NCBI GenBank assembly: GCA_965261975.1
Contig: CBDHEC010000051.1
Span: forward strand, 64,001 to 128,000
Direction of reading: 5' to 3'
Source of the DNA: Alphaproteobacteria bacterium
GTDB taxonomy: Bacteria > Pseudomonadota > Alphaproteobacteria > UBA6615
DNA: 64,000 nucleotides
The position numbers were made by a program, and so were the translations under genes. The notes under the pieces are model-generated. The model saw only the letters and a list, made by a program, of their open reading frames with translations. It was not told the DNA's origin and ran no database searches. Positions 28,408 to 37,354 of this stretch are shown piece after piece. How positions within the stretch are numbered: position 1 is the first letter of the stretch; every line of letters begins with the position of its first letter.

Positions 28408-29082
28408 TCACCCCAGCGCCTGAACGGCGCGGGCGGAATCGCTTACCCATCCGAAGATTCCGCCCTGGGCCTTGATCATTTCCAGTCCGACCCGCTGAAA
28501 CTCCGGAAAATAGGATCCCACACAATCGGCCAGCACCAGGCACTCATATCCGCGGTCATTGGCCTGACGAACGGTTGTGTGGACGCAGACCTCGGTGGTC
28601 ACGCCGCAGACAATCAGCGTCGTGATGCCCCGGTTCTGCAGGATCAGATCCAGGTCGGTTTCGTAAAAGGCACCCTTGCCGGGCTTGTCGACGACCGGCT
28701 CGTGCGCACCGGGGGCGAGTTCCGGAATGATGTCATGACCCGGTTCACCCCGGACCAATATTCGTCCCATGGGGCCCGGATCACCGATTCCGACTTCCAG
28801 CCCGCCGCGTGCAAGTTTGCTGGGTGGCGCGTCGGTCAGGTCCGGACGGTGACCTTCGCGTGTGTGTATGACCGTCAAACCCGCGTTTCGTGCAGCTTTC
28901 AGGACTAGTGTGCAGGGTTCGATGGTCGTCCGTAACAGCGACACGTCATTGCCCAGCATCTCACCGAATCCGCCGGGCTCGAGGAAGTCGCGTTGCATAT
29001 CGATGATAAGGAGCGCTGTCGCAGCCGGTTCGAACGGCAAGGGATAGGGCTCAGCTTCGAAAATATGGCTTTTCGTCACCAA
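28408..29082 (-). CDS. trtA: Isochorismatase-like cysteine hydrolase, triuret hydrolase (TrtA) type
   Basis: D-K-C triad ([21 protein letters not shown]). [10 protein letters not shown] and [11 protein letters not shown] place it in the BiuH/TrtA clade. GGFG..LGND, TEVC, SYFP and GGIFGW match TrtA rather than BiuH as recalled. Confidence 0.75.
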   Translation of the reverse strand: MVTKSHIFEAEPYPLPFEPAATALLIIDMQRDFLEPGGFGEMLGNDVSLLRTTIEPCTLVLKAARNAGLTVIHTREGHRPDLTDAPPSKLARGGLEVGIGDPGPMGRILVRGEPGHDIIPELAPGAHEPVVDKPGKGAFYETDLDLILQNRGITTLIVCGVTTEVCVHTTVRQANDRGYECLVLADCVGSYFPEFQRVGLEMIKAQGGIFGWVSDSARAVQALG

Positions 29083-29266
29083 ATCGGTCCCCTATGGAGT
29101 CATGTAGCTCTATAACGAGTACAATATGCCGCTAACCCTGAAACGCTACACCGCTGCGTTCCGCGTTGGGAAGGTCCGGCGATGCCCAATACAGCGCCAT
29201 GTTGCTGCAAAAGGCCTCGTTGGATTCTGTTCGCAAATGAAAAACACCGGCAATAGGTTGATAAAT

Positions 29267-31123
29267 ATGAATTTTAGCAGCCTGCGCGAGCAATATGATC
29301 GATCCCCCGCTGACGTAGATAAAGTCGTGCGTGAAGTTCTGGCGCGGGTGGAAGACGCAGATGACGGAAACATCTGGATCGCACGGGTTCCCGATGCCGA
29401 AGTGCTGGCGGCGGTTAAACGGCTGTCCGACTTGGACCCTGCAGATTTGCCGCTTTTCGGTATTCCATTTGCTGTGAAGGACAATATCGACGTCGCCGGT
29501 ATGCCGACGACAGCGGGCTGCCCGGAATTCGCCTATACGCCTGACGTATCGTCACCAGTTGTGGAGCGCCTGATCGGAGCTGGTGCAATCCTGATCGGCA
29601 AGACCAATCTCGACCAGTTTGCGGCGGGACTGGTCGGCACCCGGTCGCCATATGGTGCGTGCCAGAACGCATTTGATCCGGCGTATGTTTCGGGTGGCTC
29701 CAGTTCCGGTACGGCTGTCGCCGTTGCACGCGGCTTGGTGAGCTTCTCGCTCGGTACGGATACCGCAGGTTCGGGCCGTGTTCCCGCAGCATTCAACAAT
29801 ATTGTCGGGTTGAAGCCTTCGCGCGGCGTGCTGAGCGCGCGCGGCGTGGTGCCAGCATGTCGCACGCTGGACTGCATATCCATCTTCGCCAACTGCACCG
29901 CTGACGCAGAAGCCGTGCTCGACGTGGCTGCGGGGTTTGATGAAGACGATGCCTACTCGCGCGATGAGACGGCCGTCTCGCAGGGCACCGCCATCTCTCC
30001 GGACGTCGCGAGAATTGGCGTACCGAAATCCGACGGTCTCGAATTCTTCGGTGATGCAGCGGCCGAGAGGCTGTTCCAAGAGGCCGTTATGCGGGCTGAG
30101 GGTCTCGGTGCAAAGATCGTCGAGGTTGATCTGGCGCCGTTCCTGGAGGCCGCGCGACTGCTTTACGAAGGTCCGTGGGTAGCCGAGCGCTATGTCGGGA
30201 TTCGCGAGTTTTTCGATGCCCATCCGGACGCCGTACACCCGGTGACACGCGAAATCATCGGTGGCGGTGCGACCCCCAGTGCGGCAGAAGCGTTCGCGGC
30301 TGAATACCGGATGCAGGCCTTGCGGCGAAAGGTCGAACCCGTTTGGCAGGACATCGACGTCATGATGACCCCGACCGCTGGGACAATCTACACGATCGCC
30401 GAACTCGCGGCGGATCCGATTCAATTGAATTCGAACCTGGGTTACTACACCAACTATATGAACCTGCTGGATATGTGCGGTGTCGCGGTTCCGGCGGGAT
30501 TCCTCGACAATGGCCTGCCTTTCGGGATCACATTCGTCGCGCCGGCTTTTCGGGACCGCGCGGTTCTTCCGTTGGCCGATGCCATGCATCGTGCGGCCGA
30601 AACGGGCATGGGCGCGGCCCGGGCGGCATTGCCTGAAACCGCGCCGGATGGCGGTGCTTCGGTCGACGGCATGATGTTGATCGTCGCCTGTGGCGCCCAC
30701 ATGTCTGGCCTGCCGCTGAATCATCAATTGACCGAGCGCGGTGCCAAGCTGGTGCGCTCGACACGATCCGCGGCGAACTATCGGTTCTACGCGCTTGAGG
30801 CTTTCGAGCCGCCGCGGCCGGGAATGATTCGAACGGAAACCGACGGGGTGGCGATCGATGTCGAGGTATGGGCCATTCCGCAGGCGCAATTCGGCAGCTT
30901 TATGGCCGGGATTCCGGCACCGCTGGGGATTGGAACCGTTGAACTCGAGGATGGGTCCCTGGTGAAGGGCTTCATCTGCGAAGGCTATGCGGCCGAGGGT
31001 GCGCTGGATATTTCCGACCTGGGAAGCTGGCGCGGGTATTTAGCGGCGAAGGGCTTACACCCGCAGGGGGTCAGAGCTCATAGCTGCGGACCCTGTCCAC
31101 CGTATTCGCTGCCGCGTTTATGA
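29267..31123 (+). CDS. atzF: Allophanate hydrolase (amidase signature domain plus C-terminal domain)
   Basis: FAVKDNID, GKTNLDQFA.GLVGTRSPYG, GGSSSG, GTDTAGSGRVPA, LLYEGPWVAER, NSNLGYYTN; C-domain GAHMSGLPLNHQL...PAPLGIG...GFICE. Confidence 0.93.
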   Translation: MNFSSLREQYDRSPADVDKVVREVLARVEDADDGNIWIARVPDAEVLAAVKRLSDLDPADLPLFGIPFAVKDNIDVAGMPTTAGCPEFAYTPDVSSPVVERLIGAGAILIGKTNLDQFAAGLVGTRSPYGACQNAFDPAYVSGGSSSGTAVAVARGLVSFSLGTDTAGSGRVPAAFNNIVGLKPSRGVLSARGVVPACRTLDCISIFANCTADAEAVLDVAAGFDEDDAYSRDETAVSQGTAISPDVARIGVPKSDGLEFFGDAAAERLFQEAVMRAEGLGAKIVEVDLAPFLEAARLLYEGPWVAERYVGIREFFDAHPDAVHPVTREIIGGGATPSAAEAFAAEYRMQALRRKVEPVWQDIDVMMTPTAGTIYTIAELAADPIQLNSNLGYYTNYMNLLDMCGVAVPAGFLDNGLPFGITFVAPAFRDRAVLPLADAMHRAAETGMGAARAALPETAPDGGASVDGMMLIVACGAHMSGLPLNHQLTERGAKLVRSTRSAANYRFYALEAFEPPRPGMIRTETDGVAIDVEVWAIPQAQFGSFMAGIPAPLGIGTVELEDGSLVKGFICEGYAAEGALDISDLGSWRGYLAAKGLHPQGVRAHSCGPCPPYSLPRL

Positions 31124-31856
31124 GGACGCTCATGTCCTGGCCGGCCAGGACGAAACGTACGCCCATCGAGATGTACTTTTCCTGGAGCTCCGGGGACGGG
31201 ACGCCGCCCATTCCCATCCACTTGCCGTGTTTCTTGCAAGCGGCGGCGACTGTTTCATAGCTCGCGACAATCTTGTCATGGCCCACCTGGCCGGGAATTC
31301 CCGATGCCGCAGAGAGGTCGTTGGTTCCGATCTGCACGATGTCGATCCCGTCGACCGCGGCAATTTCGTCAGCGCGTGCGATCGCGTCTGGCGTTTCCAG
31401 CATAACGACGAGCAACATGGACTTGTTCATCGCCTGCATTGCCGACGTCATGTCGGGATTGGCAAATCCGAACTGGGGAAGGCCGCCCACGACCCCACGC
31501 GAACCCTCGGGCGCGTAATACATGTGCACCACGATCTCGCGCGCTTCGTCTGCGGTTTCGCATTGGGGCATGATGATGCCAAGTGCGCCGCCGTCCAATG
31601 CGCGCGTCGCCATGGCCATCTCGCCACGCGGGACACGCACGAGTGGCGCGATGCCGGAACTGAGCGCGGCACAGGAAATCTGCGCGGTTTGGTCGAGGGA
31701 GAGAGCGCCATGCTCAAGATCGATGAACAGCCAGTCCATGCCGGCCGTTTTCATCATGCTTGCGATATCGGCGCTGCGCGCGAGGCGAATGCCGATACCG
31801 ACTGAGACCTCGCCCGCTTCGAGGCGCTCGCGGGCGGGATTGCGTAACTCAACCAT
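31071..31856 (-). CDS. HpcH/HpaI class II aldolase family protein
   Basis: DWLFIDLEHG, PLVRVP, ALDGGA.GI..P, MLET, IGTNDLS. Confidence 0.9.
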   Translation of the reverse strand: MVELRNPARERLEAGEVSVGIGIRLARSADIASMMKTAGMDWLFIDLEHGALSLDQTAQISCAALSSGIAPLVRVPRGEMAMATRALDGGALGIIMPQCETADEAREIVVHMYYAPEGSRGVVGGLPQFGFANPDMTSAMQAMNKSMLLVVMLETPDAIARADEIAAVDGIDIVQIGTNDLSAASGIPGQVGHDKIVASYETVAAACKKHGKWMGMGGVPSPELQEKYISMGVRFVLAGQDMSVLINAAANTVDRVRSYEL

Positions 31857-31888
31857 GATGAAAACCTTTCGAGACGTTTTGGGGCTAC

Positions 31889-32758
31889 TCAGCCGACGCG
31901 AAGCGTATCCGCGCCGGGCTGGTAGGTCATGTTTCGCTGTTCGGGGTTGCGGTTTACCAACGGGCGCCCGTAGAGCGGGTGGTGCAGGCTGCGCACCTCA
32001 TGCTCCACCTGAAAAACGGGCTTGCCGTTCTCCGGGTCGACGATGGTCTGAAAACGATACTCATGCTGATCGGTTTCCATGGAGATCAGCCCGCGCTCGA
32101 GCAGGCGTCGATAGGGGCCCGAGAAGTCGGCGAGATAGACCTGGATATGATGCCCGTCGAACGCCGCCTGGCGGCCGGCTTTCTCGCGGAAAATCAGCGT
32201 CTGGTCGACGCCGGCACAGACATGTGCGGCCGTGGCCTTTTCGTGCTTGCCGATGCGGGCCGGTGCGCCGACGATCTCGGCATAGAAACGGGCGATGGCG
32301 TCAGCCGAACCCTTCGGCACATCGAAGCAGACATAGGGGATGCCATGTTGCATCCGCCCGAATCGCTTGCCCGGCGGATAACAGCGAAAACGGTTGCCCC
32401 ACGGACAGGTTGCGTCGATGTAGCCCCGTCCGCGCTTGAATGTGAATTTCGTGCCGCGAAGACCCTTGCGCACACCTTCGAGACGTTTTGCCAGCCGGTC
32501 ATAGTCATTGATCACCAAGCCGGTGTACCCGCGGAGCTTTTGGGTGCCCCGGGTCGGGAGATGAAACTGCGTGCGCCCGATGTTGACCCACATGAGATCG
32601 GTACTGGTCATCAGGTAGGGGTCGCGGGTCAGGCCGAGGCCGCTGATGTAGAACAGGGTCGCGAGGCCCTGATCGGGCACCAGCAGATTGACGTGTTCCA
32701 GGCCGATGATGTTGCCGACGTCCTCCTCGGCGCGATTGTAGGAAATGGGTTTTGCCAA
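31889..32758 (-). CDS. Conserved hypothetical protein with tandem VOC/glyoxalase-like motifs
   Basis: LEHVNL.VPDQ..ATLFY..GLGL..DPY, QFHLP, CPWGN.F, GHHIQVY, EHEVRS..HP. Start uncertain (TTG 32758). Confidence 0.7.
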   Translation of the reverse strand: MAKPISYNRAEEDVGNIIGLEHVNLLVPDQGLATLFYISGLGLTRDPYLMTSTDLMWVNIGRTQFHLPTRGTQKLRGYTGLVINDYDRLAKRLEGVRKGLRGTKFTFKRGRGYIDATCPWGNRFRCYPPGKRFGRMQHGIPYVCFDVPKGSADAIARFYAEIVGAPARIGKHEKATAAHVCAGVDQTLIFREKAGRQAAFDGHHIQVYLADFSGPYRRLLERGLISMETDQHEYRFQTIVDPENGKPVFQVEHEVRSLHHPLYGRPLVNRNPEQRNMTYQPGADTLRVG

Positions 32759-32762
32759 GTAT

Positions 32763-33455
32763 CTAGTCCTCAAAAATAGCCACGGCGCGAATTGGGCTCG
32801 CCGTACCGCCCTTGATTTTCAACGGGAAGCCCGCGAACCGGAAGCGGCCCTTGCCGACGAGCTTGTCGAGATTCATCAGGCATTCCATGTGGGTGATGCC
32901 GCGTTCGGCGCAGGCCATGTGGGCAAGGTAGTTTGGCTCGCCCTCCGGGGCGGGGCTCACCGTTTCGACGCCGAACATCTTGATCTTGCGGTCCGCGAGC
33001 CAGTGCACCGCCTCGACCGATAGGCCCGGGAAATTATGGACGTAGTCGGGTGACCCGAAGAGGCGGTTGTGGATGCCCATGTGGATCATCACCGTGTCGC
33101 CAGGCTTGATCTCTTCACCCGATGCCGCCAGTGCGGCTTCCATGTCTTCGACCGTCGCCTCGTACTTGTTCGGAACGTCACCGAAATCCAGGCATATGGC
33201 CTCGGTATAGAAATCCTCCAGCGGCACCTCGTCGATCGAGGGCGCGCCGGGCGCGGGATTGAAGTGCACCGGCGCGTCCACATGGGTGCAGGAATGATCA
33301 CTCATGGTGAGCGACAGGGACTTCGACGTGAACTCCGTATCGCCGGCGCGCTTGATCTCGGAATGGTCGTTCCAGACTGTGATGATGACCGGCGGATGGT
33401 TCGGATGGGCGGGTGCGCGATGATGAATTTCGCGGCTGAGATCGATGATGTGCAT
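32763..33455 (-). CDS. Cyclase / kynurenine formamidase-like metal hydrolase
   Basis: IIDLS, HSCTHVDAPVH (variant of HxGTHxDxPxH), FPGLS, ECLMNL, PLKIKGGTASPIRAVA. Confidence 0.9.
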   Translation of the reverse strand: MHIIDLSREIHHRAPAHPNHPPVIITVWNDHSEIKRAGDTEFTSKSLSLTMSDHSCTHVDAPVHFNPAPGAPSIDEVPLEDFYTEAICLDFGDVPNKYEATVEDMEAALAASGEEIKPGDTVMIHMGIHNRLFGSPDYVHNFPGLSVEAVHWLADRKIKMFGVETVSPAPEGEPNYLAHMACAERGITHMECLMNLDKLVGKGRFRFAGFPLKIKGGTASPIRAVAIFED

Positions 33456-33534
33456 TGTTGAGTTCCCCCTGTCGTATCGCCCGAAGGCGGGCGGTCATTC
33501 CTCGCGCGCGATTATGGCACTTACGGGGACGTTG

Positions 33535-35157
33535 CTAAACCGGGGCGGCGGGAAGGGGCGATTTACCCAGGATCATGTCGCTGGCCTTTTCGGCGATCAT
33601 GATTGTCGCGGCGTTGGTGTTTGCCGAGTGCGATGTGGGAATCACCGAGGCGTCGACGACGCGAAGCCCGTCGATGCCGTGGACCTTGAGCTCGTCGGAG
33701 ACGACCGCGCCGGCGTCACTCGCTGGCCCCATCTTGCAGGTACCCATCAGATGGAAGATCGTCGTACCGCGCCGGCGGGCGAAGTCGAGCAACTCCTCGT
33801 CGCTCTGGACACCATCGCCAGGCGAAGTTTCGCGCATGTACCATTGTGCCAGCTCTGGCGATTTCATCATGCGCCGGGCGAGCCGTATCCCGTCGAGGAG
33901 CAGGCGCCGGTCCGCCTCGGCATCGAGATAGTTCGGCTGGATCAGGGGTTTGTCAGCGGTGTCCGCGCTGCGCGCGTGGACATACCCGCGACTTTCCGGA
34001 CGCATCGGCCAGACCCCGGCTGTCATGCCGGGGAAGTCATCGAGTTCGTAGACCGCTGTTTCCTTGTAGCTGGCAGGGGCGAAAATCACCTGTAAATCGG
34101 GTTGGTCCAGGCTCGCGCGTGATTTGCACAAGGCGACCGCGATTCCCGGGGACTGGGCAAGAATACCCTTGCGGAACAGGCCGTATTTGAGGGCCTCGAG
34201 TACGAGTGCCAAACCACGGGTGCCTTCGTTGATCGTCCGGACGCCGGCGAGTTCGGCCGCGACACGAACCCCGAAATGGTCAGACAGGTTGGCTCCGACG
34301 CCGCCAAGCGCGTGGATCGGAATCACGCCGATATCTTGCAGGAGTTCGGGTGCACCGACGCCGGAGACCTGGAGGATCTGCGGTGAGGCAATCGCGCCGG
34401 CGCACAGAATTATCTCCCGGTTTGCGCACACCTCGTGTTCATTGTCACCCTGACGGTACCGAACTGCTACCGCGCGGCGGCCCTCAAAGACGATGCGCGT
34501 CACCTGGGTATGGGTGCGAATTTCCAGGTTGTAGCGGCTGCGCGCAGGATGCAGGAATGCGCGTGCCGCGCTCACCCTGCGACCCTTGTGAATTGTGCGT
34601 TGGAAGTATCCAACGCCTTCCTGGATCGCGCCGTTGTAGTCGAGGCCGCGCGGGATCCCCAAGTTGACTGCACCTTCAATGAACGCGTCCGAGATCGGAT
34701 CACGGCGATCGACATCGGTCACCACAAGTTCGCCGTCGCGTCCGCGATAGGTGTCATCACCGTCACCGATGCGGCGCTCGCTGCGTCTGAAATAGGGCAG
34801 GACGTCGGCGAATCCCCAGCCGCGATTCCCCATCTGGGCCCAGGTGTCGAAATCCATTCGCTGACCGCGGTTAAAGATGTGGCCGTTGATGGAGCTGGAC
34901 CCACCCAGCGCCTTGCCCCGTGGAGTCACGATGGAACGTCCCGCCGTGCCCGGGCTTGGCTCTGTCTCATAGAGCCAGTTCAAACGTGGATTCGAGAGGG
35001 TCTTGATGAACCCGGCCGGCATATGGATGAAGGGGTTGCGATCCGGCCCGCCGGCTTCGAGCAGACATATGCTGACGCCCGAGGCCGAGAGCCTGTTGGC
35101 CAGGACCGACCCGGCAGAGCCGGCGCCGATGATGACGTAGTCGAAATGCTGAACCAT
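33535..35157 (-). CDS. GMC family oxidoreductase (choline dehydrogenase-like)
   Basis: DYVIIGAGSAG.VLANRLS, PRGK.LGGSSSING, GAIASPQIL..SGVG, H..GTCKMG, GLRVVDASV.P...NTNA..IMIAEK. Confidence 0.93.
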   Translation of the reverse strand: MVQHFDYVIIGAGSAGSVLANRLSASGVSICLLEAGGPDRNPFIHMPAGFIKTLSNPRLNWLYETEPSPGTAGRSIVTPRGKALGGSSSINGHIFNRGQRMDFDTWAQMGNRGWGFADVLPYFRRSERRIGDGDDTYRGRDGELVVTDVDRRDPISDAFIEGAVNLGIPRGLDYNGAIQEGVGYFQRTIHKGRRVSAARAFLHPARSRYNLEIRTHTQVTRIVFEGRRAVAVRYRQGDNEHEVCANREIILCAGAIASPQILQVSGVGAPELLQDIGVIPIHALGGVGANLSDHFGVRVAAELAGVRTINEGTRGLALVLEALKYGLFRKGILAQSPGIAVALCKSRASLDQPDLQVIFAPASYKETAVYELDDFPGMTAGVWPMRPESRGYVHARSADTADKPLIQPNYLDAEADRRLLLDGIRLARRMMKSPELAQWYMRETSPGDGVQSDEELLDFARRRGTTIFHLMGTCKMGPASDAGAVVSDELKVHGIDGLRVVDASVIPTSHSANTNAATIMIAEKASDMILGKSPLPAAPV

Positions 35158-35261
35158 CAAAGTGCGCCTTGGTCGGGTGAGCTAACTTTCGGCCTTCAGA
35201 AGTCGGTTCCGGGTTTTCGCACACGCGATATCCGCGCCCGACAGCGTTGGACCAAACGGTA

Positions 35262-36215
35262 CTAGCTCAACGTCAGCCCGAACAGTGAAACTGCATTGGT
35301 CCGGCCGATGGCCAACCGGTCGGCATCCGACAGTTCCGCCTGGTCAAACCAGCTGCTTTCTTGCTCCATCGATTCATAGGGATAGTCGATCGAGAACAAT
35401 ACCCGTTCCACGCCCATTTCCCGGATGGCCAGATGAAGGGGCGGATCATGAAATTGGCCGCTCGTGGAAACATGGACATTGGTTTGCATGTAGGTTCGCA
35501 AGGTCTCTTTTGCCGGTAATCCCCTGGGGTTCTTCTGTAAAACATTATCGGCACGCCACAGGTCGAACGGGATGCGTTCACCAAGATGGCCCAGTACCAT
35601 CTGCAGGCGCGGATGGTCGTCGAAGAGGCCGCCACACATCAAACGCAAGGCATGCATGGCGGTTTCCAGCGCGTAGGCCCAGGCGGCGTAGGTCAGCCAC
35701 GGATGCCCGTCGAAAAAGGGCATGTCGTCGAAAAACGGGTTTCGCGGGTGCAGATAAAAAGACACCTCCAATTTCTCGATCGCCGTCCAGAATGGCCGGT
35801 ACTCGGGCCGGTCGTAGTAAAGCTGCGCCGTCGACCCATTTGATTCGCTGAAACCATTTACGTTGGCGCCCAGCAGGCCCAGGTCCACGACCGCGCGTTC
35901 CAATTCGCGAATCGCCGCCTCAGGATCCTGCATGGGTAACGCCGCGAAACCGCCCAACCGATCCGGACGCTTTACAATTTCTGTCGCCAACAGGTCGTTT
36001 GCTCGCCGCGCCATATCGATTGCCTTGGCCGTATCGGCCTCGGCCTGAACGGCTGGTCTGTTCAACGACATGATCGCAAAGGCGACCCCGCAACGATCCA
36101 TCAATTCGATGCGCTCACCGTGAAAATCCTGCAGGCGCCGATGCAAATCCGCTGTGCCGGGACCGAGGGTCTCTGGCAGCGCAAAATGTTCCTCGATGGT
36201 AACCTTGCCGTCCAT
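35262..36215 (-). CDS. Amidohydrolase-2 family protein, hydroxybenzoate (gamma-resorcylate/2,3-DHBA) decarboxylase-like
   Basis: GKVTIEEHF, FAALPMQDP, YLHPRNP, GHLGERIP, FSIDYPYE. Confidence 0.85.
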   Translation of the reverse strand: MDGKVTIEEHFALPETLGPGTADLHRRLQDFHGERIELMDRCGVAFAIMSLNRPAVQAEADTAKAIDMARRANDLLATEIVKRPDRLGGFAALPMQDPEAAIRELERAVVDLGLLGANVNGFSESNGSTAQLYYDRPEYRPFWTAIEKLEVSFYLHPRNPFFDDMPFFDGHPWLTYAAWAYALETAMHALRLMCGGLFDDHPRLQMVLGHLGERIPFDLWRADNVLQKNPRGLPAKETLRTYMQTNVHVSTSGQFHDPPLHLAIREMGVERVLFSIDYPYESMEQESSWFDQAELSDADRLAIGRTNAVSLFGLTLS

Positions 36216-36347
36216 GCCGGGGCCTCCGTCGTATCCCATCATCGATCGAGACCAATAGAGTCGATCGGACGACGGACATCAAGCGCCCGAGCGTTAGCGT
36301 TTCTGCAGATAAATTGATCGACGTTTTGACTGCGAACAGCAAGGAAT

Positions 36348-36421
36348 TGGAGGCCCGGGCCGGAATCGAACCGACGTACAAGGATTTGCAGTCCTCTGCA
36401 TAGCCACTCTGCCACCGGGCC
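36348..36421 (-). tRNA. tRNA-Cys(GCA)
   Basis: GGCCCGGTGGCAGAGTGGCTATGCAGAGGACT-GCA-AATCCTTGTACGTCGGTTCGATTCCGGCCCGGGCCTCCA; 74 nt with CCA. Confidence 0.97.
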
Positions 36422-36588
36422 GGTCCGAGCGCGCAATTCAGCAACGGCGCTTCATATCTCAGAATTGGGCGTGGATTGGAAGTCCCCAACTGCATATCTG
36501 TGAATGGGTTTGTGCGATTGTCTTGCAGCGGGCCGGTATTTATAAGTTTGGGCGTCTATGACGAATGACGAGAATGGGTCTTGCGACG

Positions 36589-37251
36589 ATGAGTGATTTC
36601 GAAACCGCGCGACGCAATATGGTGGACGGTCAGTTACGGCCCACAAAGGTTACGGATATCCGCATCCTGGATGCGATGGGCACGCTGCCGCGTGAGATGT
36701 TCGTGGACAAGTCGCGGCAGGGCATTGCCTATGTGGACGAGGATATCGAGATTGCACCCGGCCGCCACATGATGGAACCGGTGGTCCTCGCACGGCTTGT
36801 ACAGGCGCTCGACATCAAGCCGACGGATTCGGTGCTCATAATCGGTGCGGGCACCGGTTACGACGCCGCGCTGATTGGGACACTGGCAGGACCGGTGGTG
36901 GCCATCGAATCGGACCCGCAACTGGTCGAGACCGCATCCATGCTGATCAACCATCTGGGAATCGATAACGTCGCCGTTGTCGAGGCACCTTTGGCGGAAG
37001 GGTATGCCGCCCAGGCTCCCTTCGATCTGATATTTATCGGCGGCGCCGTGCCGGAAGTACCCAGCCAGATTGCCGACCAGTTGGCATCCGGCGGCCGAAT
37101 CGTCGCTGTGGTGGGTGGGGCCGAGAACGGAATTCTGGGCCGAGCCTGTCTCCTGACCAAGACCGATCAAAGTCTCTCCAGCCGGCCTATTTTTGACGCC
37201 GGAACCCAGCCATTGCCGGGCTTTGAAGCGGCGGCGGAGTTTGTATTCTAG
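36589..37251 (+). CDS. pcm: Protein-L-isoaspartate O-methyltransferase-like protein (tolC-linked paralog)
   Basis: ARRNMVDGQLRP, PREMFV, IGAGTGY.AA, APFDLI, QLASGGR. Conserved position upstream of tolC. Confidence 0.88.
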   Translation: MSDFETARRNMVDGQLRPTKVTDIRILDAMGTLPREMFVDKSRQGIAYVDEDIEIAPGRHMMEPVVLARLVQALDIKPTDSVLIIGAGTGYDAALIGTLAGPVVAIESDPQLVETASMLINHLGIDNVAVVEAPLAEGYAAQAPFDLIFIGGAVPEVPSQIADQLASGGRIVAVVGGAENGILGRACLLTKTDQSLSSRPIFDAGTQPLPGFEAAAEFVF

Positions 37252-37354
37252 TCTGCATTTGAGCTGGGGCTCGGGCACTTTGCATGTGCGTTTTACGTAT
37301 GCGCGTCAGCATGTTGCAGCGCCGAACTCTAACTGTTGAGAAGAGTTTTCAAGC

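Noticed and set aside
29083-29266. Sigma54/NtrC promoter in the trtA-atzF divergent region
   Set aside because: The best minus-strand candidate (TGGCGCTGTATTGGG) lacks the correctly spaced -12 GC.
31050-31123. C-terminal extension of AtzF overlapping the aldolase gene by 53 bp
   Set aside because: The conserved end (WRGYL) comes before it. The extra residues look like neutral run-on into a convergent gene.
21688-36421. Active integrative element or prophage at tRNA-Asn or tRNA-Cys
   Set aside because: No integrase, transposase or phage gene and no duplicated tRNA 3' end (att) was found. The shared CCAATTCC is too short to count.
36589-37251. Two pcm paralogs in one window
   Set aside because: The tolC-linked and surE-linked copies are both normal in alphaproteobacteria.
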